A DNA stretch of 54,041 nt from a virus. The stretch lies in IMG/VR virus record IMGVR_UViG_3300025168_000117, one strand, 5' to 3'. Position 1 is the stretch's first letter; each line of letters starts with the position of its first letter. The position numbers were made by a program, and so were the translations under genes. The notes under the pieces were generated by a model, which saw nothing but the letters and a program-made list of their open reading frames with translations, had not been told where the DNA came from and made no database searches. This document shows positions 15,873 to 24,023 of the stretch, one piece after another.

Positions 15873-16460
15873 TTATTCAGTCTTGTACAAATCATTCTTT
15901 ATTAAATATTGCCTAACTTCACCAGGAGTTAAATTGTAATTATTTTTAAGATCCATAATAACATCATAATAATCTTCTGATATAAGAGAATCTGCATCTC
16001 CTGATTTAAAATATCTTTCTAAATTTTCACTATTCCCTTTGAAAACTGTTTTAACTGCATCTTCAGCTTCAAACTCTGCTAATCCTTCTGCAGCTTTTTG
16101 TATCTCATCAGCTGTTTCATCCATAACTTCTATCTCTTTATATTTTATACCTCTAGCTCCTAATTCTTCAAATGGGTCTTCCATAATTCTGTTAGCTATA
16201 TTGTCTATAGTTTTAGAATAAATAGAACTCAAAGACTCTATATTAAATATATTCTCTGGTAATTTTGGTATGGCTTTAGCAGCAGGGACAAGGACATCAG
16301 AGACTTTGCCAGCAAGACTTAAATCTCCGAGAGTGCTTAATGCACCTCGCATCATATCTCTTCTATTCATCTCAGGAAGTTTACCCAAAACTCCTTGTGT
16401 AACTTCCTCTGTTGCTACTGGGAGAGCTCCTGGTTTAATTTTAATAGGAAGCTTTGGCAT
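15873..16460 (-). CDS. Leader-sharing paralogue 3 (195 aa)
   Basis: It starts MPKLPIKIKPGALPVATEEVTQGVLGKLPEMNRRDMMRGALSTLGDLSLAGKV. The C-terminal ~135 aa are acidic and unrelated to the other two copies. Confidence 0.8.
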   Translation of the reverse strand: MPKLPIKIKPGALPVATEEVTQGVLGKLPEMNRRDMMRGALSTLGDLSLAGKVSDVLVPAAKAIPKLPENIFNIESLSSIYSKTIDNIANRIMEDPFEELGARGIKYKEIEVMDETADEIQKAAEGLAEFEAEDAVKTVFKGNSENLERYFKSGDADSLISEDYYDVIMDLKNNYNLTPGEVRQYLIKNDLYKTE

Positions 16461-16461
16461 T

Positions 16462-17073
16462 TTATTTTGAATTCAATATTTTTTGAGTCTCTGTCCAGAT
16501 CTCTTGATAACCACCATCAGCTTGAGCAGAGTCTCCTATGAAATTAGCTATGTCATCGCTAGAAGCATCAGGAAACTCAGATCTAATATCTTTAGAAAAA
16601 TTATTAGGAACTTTGCCTTTTTCTCCTTTTCTAAAATAATAATATGCTTCTTGTAGCTCTGGGATCTGTAAATCCTTTGGATGTAATTCTATGGCTTCGT
16701 CAAGAAATTCTTGAAAAGGCAAATCAGGATCATCAGCTAATCTTTTAATACGATCTCCAAACTCTCCTTTTTTAGCCTGTTTGAAAAAGAATTTATTTAC
16801 AATATCACTAAATAATGGAAGTTTTAATTGTGTTCCTGTATCTATAAATTCTCCTATATTAAGAATTTTTTTAGCAACTGGTGCTGGTTTAACTATTTTA
16901 GATATTTGATTTAGTGCATTTGTTTCCATGGCTGTATTAGCAATAGTACCTAGAGCACCTCTTAAAAATTCTCTTCTATCAACTTGAGGAAGTTTGTCTA
17001 GAACTCCTTTGGTTACTTCTTCTGTTGCTACTGGGAGAGCACCTGGTTTAATTTTAATAGGGAGCTTTGGCAT
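16462..17073 (-). CDS. Leader-sharing paralogue 2 (203 aa)
   Basis: It starts MPKLPIKIKPGALPVATEEVTKGVLDKLPQVDRREFLRGALGTIANTAM. The C-terminal domain is unique. Confidence 0.8.
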   Translation of the reverse strand: MPKLPIKIKPGALPVATEEVTKGVLDKLPQVDRREFLRGALGTIANTAMETNALNQISKIVKPAPVAKKILNIGEFIDTGTQLKLPLFSDIVNKFFFKQAKKGEFGDRIKRLADDPDLPFQEFLDEAIELHPKDLQIPELQEAYYYFRKGEKGKVPNNFSKDIRSEFPDASSDDIANFIGDSAQADGGYQEIWTETQKILNSK

Positions 17074-17684
17074 TAATCTGGATCTAATATGAATTTCCTA
17101 ATTTCAGGAAGAGTCATTTTCTTATCGCTAATTAAATATTTTAATGCTTCTTGAATGTCTGTATCAAGTTCTTCGAATTGTTTCGCACCATCTAAAAATT
17201 CTTCTAACTCTCCATCGAAAAAACCTTTAAAGTTGTCTTGAAACATTACATCATCATCTGCTAACTCTTTTAATAATTTTTCGTCTTCAAGAAGTTTTTC
17301 TCGAGCATTGCCATAATTTATATTCTTTGCTTTCAATTCAGATTTTGTAAATGCATTGGTTAATATGTCCCATGCCTCTTCATCGAAAAGATTTTCACCA
17401 GCATAATCATCGTAAGAATCATATTTCAATTGCCTCATAGAAGGAAGATTAAAAAAATCTGTTACATCTTCTATTTTTGGAACTGCTTTCTTGACAAGAG
17501 GTGCAATTGCATCAACAACTTTGCCAGTAAGACTTACATCTCCTAGAGTGCCAAGTGTTCCTCGCATTACATCTCTTCTGTTCATCTCAGGAAGTTTATC
17601 TAAAACTCCTTTGGTTACTTGGTCTGTTGCTTCTGTTGTTACAGGAAGTGCTCCTGGTTTAATTTTAATAGGGAGCTTGGGCAT
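17073..17684 (-). CDS. Leader-sharing paralogue 1 (203 aa)
   Basis: It starts MPKLPIKIKPGALPVTTEATDQVTKGVLDKLPEMNRRDVMRGTLGTLGDVSLTGKV. The C-terminal domain is unique and acidic. Its stop overlaps the start of paralogue 2 (TAATG). Confidence 0.8.
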   Translation of the reverse strand: MPKLPIKIKPGALPVTTEATDQVTKGVLDKLPEMNRRDVMRGTLGTLGDVSLTGKVVDAIAPLVKKAVPKIEDVTDFFNLPSMRQLKYDSYDDYAGENLFDEEAWDILTNAFTKSELKAKNINYGNAREKLLEDEKLLKELADDDVMFQDNFKGFFDGELEEFLDGAKQFEELDTDIQEALKYLISDKKMTLPEIRKFILDPD

Positions 17685-17686
17685 GA

Positions 17687-17968
17687 CTAATAGTTTTCGC
17701 CATTACCCAGAAGTTTATCCATCATGTGAGCTGCATCATTGCCATGAAGCTTGATAACTTTCATATCACCATCTTCTACAATTTCACCTTCATCATCATC
17801 ATGAGATTCTTCCATCATGCCTTCGTCTTCTAAATAAGATTGCTGGCAAAGCAAAAGGAATTTTTTAATTTGTTCGTCATTCAATTCAATCTCATTAGCA
17901 GAGAAACCCATCTTCGCTTCAAACATTGCATGGATATCTAACCCACTGTCAGTCATTTCATTTTCCAC
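17687..17968 (-). CDS. Small very acidic protein (93 aa), GTG start
   Basis: Track ORF. The GTG at 17966..17968 lies 7 nt after AAGGAG. The sequence includes EDEGMMEESHDDDEGEIVEDGD. Confidence 0.6.
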   Translation of the reverse strand: MENEMTDSGLDIHAMFEAKMGFSANEIELNDEQIKKFLLLCQQSYLEDEGMMEESHDDDEGEIVEDGDMKVIKLHGNDAAHMMDKLLGNGENY

Positions 17969-18134
17969 TTTTCTTCTCCTTCATGAAAAAGCCAAAGACT
18001 CCTGCAGCACCACAAGCAATCATAACTATGCTTTGCCATAAATCATTTGGTATTATTACACCCACCATTGCCAACACACCTGTCAAAGCTGCATAAGATG
18101 ATGGTTCTTTAAATCTATTAATTAGTTCTTGCAT
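17958..18134 (-). CDS. Two-TM small membrane protein (58 aa), not in the ORF track; holin candidate
   Basis: Hand translation gives MQELINRFKEPSSYAALTGVLAMVGVIIPNDLWQSIVMIACGAAGVFGFFMKEKKSGK. A GGGAGA SD lies 8 nt upstream, inside the end of the preceding gene. There are two hydrophobic segments and a charged C-terminus. Confidence 0.55.
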   Translation of the reverse strand: MQELINRFKEPSSYAALTGVLAMVGVIIPNDLWQSIVMIACGAAGVFGFFMKEKKSGK

Positions 18135-18136
18135 TA

Positions 18137-18730
18137 TTATTCTCCCATTTTTCTTCTTAAGTTACCTAAAAATCCTTCTACACTACTAGGAAGTTCGCCA
18201 ATTGCACCAGTTGGTCGTGCAGAATCTTTCTGGTATTGTCTGAATTCCATATCTGTTACAGGACCAGCAATTGGTCGCATTGGCATTGTTGGAGCCATTT
18301 CATATGAGTCTCTTTCCATTCTTTGCATTTCTTCGTCTGTGAGAGAGCCAGAACCAACTGGACGCATTAATGGAGCCATTGGTGCTGCTAATCCTGGCTC
18401 TTGAATTTCTCTTGGTGGCATATTGTTTTCATTATCCATAGCCATAAATGCTCTTCCTTCTTCTTCAGTAATTTCAGAAAGAGGTTTATTTAAATATAGT
18501 TGCATCCTTTCAACTTGGGTATATCTTTCCATATTGTCATCAGACTTTGGCAAAGCTCCTTGAGGATTATTCTTAATGCTTTCGCTAAAAGTTGGATCTC
18601 CTGCTGTGTTGTTGCTTGCTGTTTGTATCATCTGAAAAACTTCTTCAGGATTTTGCCCTGCTGCAGTTCCTTCTGCAAGTTTAGATAATGTCTCTTGATA
18701 TCTTTTTTGAAATTGGTCTTCATAATTCAT
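18137..18730 (-). CDS. Portal-adjacent protein with duplicated MRP.G..TD.EF motif (197 aa)
   Basis: Track ORF overlapping the portal stop by 11 nt. It contains APLMRPVGSGSLTDEEM and MPMRPIAGPVTDMEFRQYQK. The first motif is shared nearly nucleotide-for-nucleotide with the ORF at 43027..44556. Confidence 0.75.
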   Translation of the reverse strand: MNYEDQFQKRYQETLSKLAEGTAAGQNPEEVFQMIQTASNNTAGDPTFSESIKNNPQGALPKSDDNMERYTQVERMQLYLNKPLSEITEEEGRAFMAMDNENNMPPREIQEPGLAAPMAPLMRPVGSGSLTDEEMQRMERDSYEMAPTMPMRPIAGPVTDMEFRQYQKDSARPTGAIGELPSSVEGFLGNLRRKMGE

Positions 18731-21197
18731 TTTTCATTCCTTTCATTTGTATCTCTGCAACAGCTTTCTGTTTTGCTATTTCTATGTCTGCATTTAATTT
18801 TGCAAGTTTAGCTTCTAATTCTGCTTGAGTTTTCGCAATAGTTTTATCTATATCCATTTTAGTTTTAACTTGGTCTTGTTGAATGCTTGCTTGAGCTTTT
18901 GCTTGGTCTATTTGCATATCAGATTTAGCTCTTGCTTGGTCTGCTTGAATTTCAGCTTTGGTTCTTGCCATTACAGATTCAGCTTCAATTTTCGCAAGTT
19001 GCTGTGCCATGTTCATAGGATTATTTGCACCAGCACCACCGAGTTTATCTAACCCTCCAATTGATTGCATCTTAGGAGATTGTTGAACAACTTGTGCTGC
19101 TCTTTCAGCAATCATGTTATTAAGGTCTGGTGATATACTTTCAAATTTAAATCTTGGATCTCTAATGTTAGGCATTTTAGGGAATTCAACTCCTGTTGCT
19201 TTTTGCATTCTTATCCTATAAAGCATCGCTACATGTTCACCAATGTGAGCAATCATCATAGGACCAATAGTTTTTTGAGCTATTGGATTTCCTCCCAAGC
19301 TTGGATCTTGTAAGAATTGCATGTGAACTGCAATATGAGCTTCGTGGTTCTGGTCTATAAAAGCTTTGATTGGTTTGCCAAGTAATGCAGAAACATTCTC
19401 ATCAACAGGGTCAAGACTTGGTGCTTCCTCTGGTTTCTTTAAGATTTGGTCAACATCTGGAACTCGAATTGCTTCGTACATTCTTTTGTAAGCTTCATAC
19501 ATATCATGAAGTTGAGGTGCAGATTGTGCGAGTTGTAGTATTGCTTGAGCTTGGGCAATCCTTTGTGTAGAACTAAAGATGCTTGGATCACTAACAGGAA
19601 TAACATCAACTCTTTCATCAAAGTCTTTAGCATAAATAATTTGGCTTGCACCAGAAAGAGCGAAATTTATTTTCTCTGGTAATGTAACTGCATTTAGATG
19701 CATAATAAGTTTGAATTCTTGCCCTTGTGCATAATGCAATCTTTTGTGAATAGCTGAGAATATTTTAGAGCCTTGCTCTAACATAGCGATAGTTGTTCCT
19801 ACAGGAGCATTTGGATTTGCTTCCCCAACATTTAAATCTGCAACAGCAGCATATCTTCTTCCTGCATCAACAATAAATCCTAGTAATTGGAACAATGTGC
19901 TTGATGGTTCTTTAAATGGTAATGGCATAATAGATTTAGAGATGTCATCGGTTGATGCATCTAAGTCTACATATTCTCCAGGATTAACTTCTAGTTCTCC
20001 CCCAGGAACACGACCTTTTAATTTAAAGCCACCTTGCATATTTGCAAAAGCTGCGGAGTCTAAAAGAGCTCTTAGTGAACCTGTTGCTGCTTTACCTAAA
20101 CCACCGATGATGTGATAAAGACCGAAACCATAAAAACCTAAACCAGGAAGGAACTTATATTCAACAAACCAAACAAGTTTCTTTTTATCTTCGTCTTCTT
20201 CTTGCCAATTTCTTCTTATAGATACAATCTTTTGACTTTGATAATCTATTGTTATTACATAAGGCAGAGCAACAAAGTCTTCGTCTTCTGGATCCCCACC
20301 ATCTATTTCATTAAAGATAATATTAGTGTGCATCTCTAAAAGAGTCATAATTTCATCATTACCTTCAGAAGCAGAAGGATTAATTCCTTCTATCTCATAG
20401 GTAACATCTTCATTTGGATCTCCATCTCCTGAATATCTTTCAGCTGGTAAATAGTATCCTGCTTGAACAAATTTATTATATTCGTTTCTTGCCATCTCTA
20501 TAACATGAGTGTATCTTGGTGATGTTAAAAGATCGGTGCTTTCTGGAGCGACGACGAAATTTTCTGCTTTAACAAAGCGACTTGTTATTCTTTTCATTGC
20601 TGGGTCGAACCAAACCTTTTTAAAAGTTTGCCCAACTAAAGGTAAATGGAATAACATCTGGTCAACATCAGGGAAATACTCTGGCATCTCCTCAAGGAGT
20701 TGATAATTCATATAATCTTTAACTCGTATAGCTTGTTCTTGGAGTTCTTCATCAGCTTCACCAATAGAAACTGTTTTAACTGGACCACCAGCAGGAAACA
20801 ATTCTGCTATTGCTCTTGCTTGAAATTGTGTTGCTGCTTCTGCAATCATAGGATGGACAACTTGACTTAATCCTCTAGTTGCTCTGTCTGCTTCTGCATC
20901 ATTAAGACCACCTTCGGAATCTAAAGTTTTTAAACCATCTTTATATTTTTCTTCCCAACCAGACCTAGCTTGACGATCTGTTTCGTAATAATTCAACAAT
21001 AATGTTGCATGTTCATTAATTTCTTTTTGGTCTAATATCTCAGCTAAATTAGAATCAAAGTTTGATGATGGTTCTTCATTATCCTCTTTCTCTCCAATGA
21101 GAACATTATCAGAATCTATCTCTTCAATGATAAGATCGTCAGAAGGTGCACCCTCAGCAAAAGGAATTACTTTATCATCACTTTTTAATTTTGCCAT
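18720..21197 (-). CDS. Portal protein (825 aa)
   Basis: This large ORF lies immediately downstream of, and overlaps, the terminase large subunit gene. It has an acidic N-terminus. The ~100-aa C-terminal extension is a repetitive coiled coil (QADQARAKSDMQIDQAKAQASIQQDQVKTKMDIDKTIAKTQAELEAKLAKL). The assignment rests mainly on position and size. Confidence 0.7.
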   Translation of the reverse strand: MAKLKSDDKVIPFAEGAPSDDLIIEEIDSDNVLIGEKEDNEEPSSNFDSNLAEILDQKEINEHATLLLNYYETDRQARSGWEEKYKDGLKTLDSEGGLNDAEADRATRGLSQVVHPMIAEAATQFQARAIAELFPAGGPVKTVSIGEADEELQEQAIRVKDYMNYQLLEEMPEYFPDVDQMLFHLPLVGQTFKKVWFDPAMKRITSRFVKAENFVVAPESTDLLTSPRYTHVIEMARNEYNKFVQAGYYLPAERYSGDGDPNEDVTYEIEGINPSASEGNDEIMTLLEMHTNIIFNEIDGGDPEDEDFVALPYVITIDYQSQKIVSIRRNWQEEDEDKKKLVWFVEYKFLPGLGFYGFGLYHIIGGLGKAATGSLRALLDSAAFANMQGGFKLKGRVPGGELEVNPGEYVDLDASTDDISKSIMPLPFKEPSSTLFQLLGFIVDAGRRYAAVADLNVGEANPNAPVGTTIAMLEQGSKIFSAIHKRLHYAQGQEFKLIMHLNAVTLPEKINFALSGASQIIYAKDFDERVDVIPVSDPSIFSSTQRIAQAQAILQLAQSAPQLHDMYEAYKRMYEAIRVPDVDQILKKPEEAPSLDPVDENVSALLGKPIKAFIDQNHEAHIAVHMQFLQDPSLGGNPIAQKTIGPMMIAHIGEHVAMLYRIRMQKATGVEFPKMPNIRDPRFKFESISPDLNNMIAERAAQVVQQSPKMQSIGGLDKLGGAGANNPMNMAQQLAKIEAESVMARTKAEIQADQARAKSDMQIDQAKAQASIQQDQVKTKMDIDKTIAKTQAELEAKLAKLNADIEIAKQKAVAEIQMKGMKNEL

Positions 21198-21203
21198 GCT
21201 TCC

Positions 21204-22712
21204 TTATCCATACAATGGTACTTTAGGTTGTGATTCATTATACTCTTCTTCAAAATCTTCGGAATGGGTAAGAAACCATTGCTTCCTTAATCTTAACCAT
21301 GCCTGCGTGCATGTATCTACTATATCGTCATTTTCTCCTGCTGGAAAGGCAGAACATATATTTATTACATCTTTTGCCCATTTCTTCCCTCCAGGATACC
21401 ATATACGACCATCTTCTAAAAGAGCAGATGCAGCATGGGCTCTTGCTTCTTTGTCTCTATCTGGAGAATAAGCAAGCACAGGAACTCCAGCCATCCTCAA
21501 GTCTTGCAGAAGAGATTGTCCAGAAGCTTTCTTTTCAATCAAAACTGCATCTGGTTCGTAAGTATTATATGCATCTTGTGCTTCTCTTCTTAAATCAGGA
21601 TAACTGACTCTATCAAACCAACAATCGATAATGATTGCATTCCATTGATTGTTCTTCTGGAAAACTCCCCATGTTGTTCTTGCAGAGTAACTACTTTTTT
21701 CTTTTGTAGAATAAGCTGTATCCCAAGATTGAATGACATAAGTTATATTAGGAAGGTCTTCTTCCTCCCATTCTCGCCACCACTCTTCTTTTAAGATAGT
21801 GCCACCTTTTGCCATTGGTCTTTGTTGCAGCTGTCCAGCAGAAGCATAAACTCCTAAAGAGTTTTCTAATTCGGAAAGAGTATCATCACCAATTCTTTCT
21901 GGCCAAAGCAGATCTCCTTCTTTCTTCCTTGGGTCTTCAAAGCCAATAGAAGAATAAGATATTGAAGGATGCTCAATCTCGTATCTTGCTGGCAGACACA
22001 AATGATTCCAATTATTACTATTCGCTAATATGTGTCCTGTTAAATCTTTCTCATGCACTCTTTGCATTATAATTATAAATGCTCCAGTCTTCGGATCATT
22101 AAGTCTGGTTTGCATAGCTTGGTCCCACCAATCAAGAACTCCTTCTCTTACAGTGGCAGATTCTGCTTCCCTAACATTATGTGGGTCATCAATAACTATT
22201 ATGTCACCACCTTCACCAGTTAAAGCTCCATCAACAGAGGTAGCTATTCGCATTCCTGTTTTATCATTCTCAAATCTTTGCTTTTGGTTCTGGTCACCAG
22301 TTAATTGGAAGACATGACCAAAGTGCTCTTGATACCATTTACTAGCAATCAACCTTCTGCACTTTACTGAATCCCGAACAGAAAGAGAACCTGCATAAGA
22401 TGCAAACAGAAATCTTTTTGAAGGATTATCTATCCATGCCCAAGCAGGAAGTGCAACTGCAGCTGTTATAGACTTCATGTGCCTAGGTGGTATATTAATA
22501 ATCAATCTTCTGATGTCACCATTAACAACTGCTTGTAAGTGTTCGCAAACTGCATCTATGTGCCAGTTGTCGTAAAAATTACGTCCTGGTTCCATCGTCT
22601 CCCAAGAGCTCTTGATAAATTCCTTGAGACTCCGACGACTCTTCTCTGCTCGTATCTGGTTCAAGGACAGCGTGCTCAAGTACTCTTTCAATTGTTGCGA
22701 GGTCATTATCAT
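21204..22712 (-). CDS. terL: Terminase large subunit
   Basis: SLKEFIKSSWETMEPGRNFYDNWHIDAVCEHLQAV...LIINIPPRHMKSI is a Walker A-like P-loop. IIVIDDPH is Walker B. The C-terminal nuclease-type region contains DTAYS...DDIVDTCTQAW. Confidence 0.9.
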   Translation of the reverse strand: MIMTSQQLKEYLSTLSLNQIRAEKSRRSLKEFIKSSWETMEPGRNFYDNWHIDAVCEHLQAVVNGDIRRLIINIPPRHMKSITAAVALPAWAWIDNPSKRFLFASYAGSLSVRDSVKCRRLIASKWYQEHFGHVFQLTGDQNQKQRFENDKTGMRIATSVDGALTGEGGDIIVIDDPHNVREAESATVREGVLDWWDQAMQTRLNDPKTGAFIIIMQRVHEKDLTGHILANSNNWNHLCLPARYEIEHPSISYSSIGFEDPRKKEGDLLWPERIGDDTLSELENSLGVYASAGQLQQRPMAKGGTILKEEWWREWEEEDLPNITYVIQSWDTAYSTKEKSSYSARTTWGVFQKNNQWNAIIIDCWFDRVSYPDLRREAQDAYNTYEPDAVLIEKKASGQSLLQDLRMAGVPVLAYSPDRDKEARAHAASALLEDGRIWYPGGKKWAKDVINICSAFPAGENDDIVDTCTQAWLRLRKQWFLTHSEDFEEEYNESQPKVPLYG

Positions 22713-23145
22713 CCAATCTACTTATGTCAAGAATTTTCCGTTCTTCATGGTTCGTGTTAACTTCAACAGATTTTAAGTCTGGGACACACTTCGCTAAAAG
22801 TGTTTTTGCTGCCATAACTCTTAATTCAGGATCTGCAGAGACTTTACCGACATTCTCAACTTTCCCCATAGAGTCTCTAGAGTAAACAGGGAAGATTTCT
22901 TTTCCTGCCATAACAGAAGCAAGAAAACCTGCAGGATCTGCTTGACCCATTATCCAATTAGTTAAAGCTTTATGGTTCCATTTGTATCTGCCTTTGCGTG
23001 CTGGCTTTTCAGAACCTAAAGGTTCAACCGATTTAAACTTCCCATCAAACTTCTGTTTCGGTCCATTATTAATTGGTCTTTGAACTTGAATAATGTCTTC
23101 AGGAGGTTTTCTAGGTCTTCCTCTTTTTTTATTATTCTCTTCCAT
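22579..23145 (-). CDS. terS: Putative terminase small subunit (188 aa)
   Basis: It lies directly upstream of terL. The N-terminus is basic and AT-hook-like (KKRGRPRKPPE). ELRVMAAKTLLAKCVPDLKSVEV resembles the conserved TerS helix. The last 44 codons overlap terL in another frame. Confidence 0.55.
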   Translation of the reverse strand: MEENNKKRGRPRKPPEDIIQVQRPINNGPKQKFDGKFKSVEPLGSEKPARKGRYKWNHKALTNWIMGQADPAGFLASVMAGKEIFPVYSRDSMGKVENVGKVSADPELRVMAAKTLLAKCVPDLKSVEVNTNHEERKILDISRLDDNDLATIERVLEHAVLEPDTSREESSESQGIYQELLGDDGTRT

Positions 23146-23180
23146 CGCTTTTTCTCTGTTAAAGGATTAGTTTCATTTGA

Positions 23181-23209
23181 TTTATAACATAATAACTTAT
23201 TTAATTAAA
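23181..23209 (-). promoter_or_regulatory. Candidate promoter (TTTAAT-N17-TATAAA) upstream of terS
   Basis: On the minus strand the -35 TTTAAT is at 23204..23209 and the -10 TATAAA at 23181..23186. It is one mismatch per hexamer from the TTTACT/TATGAT family. The AT-rich context makes chance likely. Confidence 0.25.
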
Positions 23210-23406
23210 TAAAGGAGAAATAATAAAAAGCTATGACAAAAGAGACAATTTACAGAGGTGAAAAACCTAATTTAGATTATACATTTTATGAAAAAAGAGA
23301 GCAGAACCAAACTAGGAACCACTCTCAAGAGGGGAAAGACTCTTCTAATGATAATAAGCCAGAAGAGTCAAAAGTCAAAATTATAACTGACCATGATTAA
23401 AAATTG

Positions 23407-23769
23407 TTATCTTTCTAATAAATAAGTATCAACCAAATAACTAACCAACATACCACTTTTTAAACCAACCAAATTAGAAACTTTATAAAAAGCATCGCTT
23501 GCTTTTTTATTCATATTTAAAAGAAACTTTTTATCAGCAGGATTACCGATGCACAACCAAGATCCACCATTAACACTATTAACAGTTCTAAAATTAGTTT
23601 TCGCATTATTCATTAAGGAAATTAAATCATATGGACATTTTTTAAAATCCTCACAAAGCTCAAGAATTATATTAGATTTATTAAAAGTACCTATCATATC
23701 CCCTATACTTTTAAAAGTTTCAGAAACTTCATTATTTTGAATTATAATTTTAGTATAATAATTATTCAT
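23407..23769 (-). CDS. Early-region protein of unknown function (120 aa)
   Basis: Track ORF in a very AT-rich stretch, coupled to the upstream ORF at 23769. Confidence 0.65.
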   Translation of the reverse strand: MNNYYTKIIIQNNEVSETFKSIGDMIGTFNKSNIILELCEDFKKCPYDLISLMNNAKTNFRTVNSVNGGSWLCIGNPADKKFLLNMNKKASDAFYKVSNLVGLKSGMLVSYLVDTYLLER

Positions 23770-23996
23770 TAATTTAAACTCCTTTGAATATAAGTTATCA
23801 CCTGAGCACCTTCAGCAGTTACTTCAAAGCACATTTTATTAGGAGTTTTAGAATTTAAAGTCAAAATAAGATTTTTATCATTAAGACTTTTAATAACTTC
23901 AGGTTTAACATTAGAAGCATTAACACCTTTATTAATAAAAGCATCAATTATAAATTTTACTTCAAGGTCATTAAGATTAACAGTAGTATTCTTCAT
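23769..23996 (-). CDS. Early-region protein of unknown function (75 aa)
   Basis: Track ORF preceded by CTTAGAAAGGAA, 5 nt upstream, and by promoter copy 24024..24052. Confidence 0.7.
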   Translation of the reverse strand: MKNTTVNLNDLEVKFIIDAFINKGVNASNVKPEVIKSLNDKNLILTLNSKTPNKMCFEVTAEGAQVITYIQRSLN

Positions 23997-24023
23997 TTTT
24001 ATTCCTTTCTAAGTTTATAATTA

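Noticed and set aside
16330-17600. Twin-arginine (Tat) signal peptide in the three paralogue leaders (DRREFLRGALGTIANTAM, NRRDMMRGALSTLGDLSLAG).
   Set aside because: The RR motif lies ~30 residues from the N-terminus, behind a conserved charged segment. The would-be h-regions of two copies contain Asp, and no AxA cleavage site follows. I keep this only as an alternative reading of the leader.
23233-23400. Plus-strand 55-codon ORF in the terS-upstream gap as a real gene.
   Set aside because: It is a lone opposite-strand ORF in a minus-strand block. The SD-like AAGGAG lies 15 nt from the ATG and no promoter-like site is present. It is recorded inside a finding but not called as a feature.
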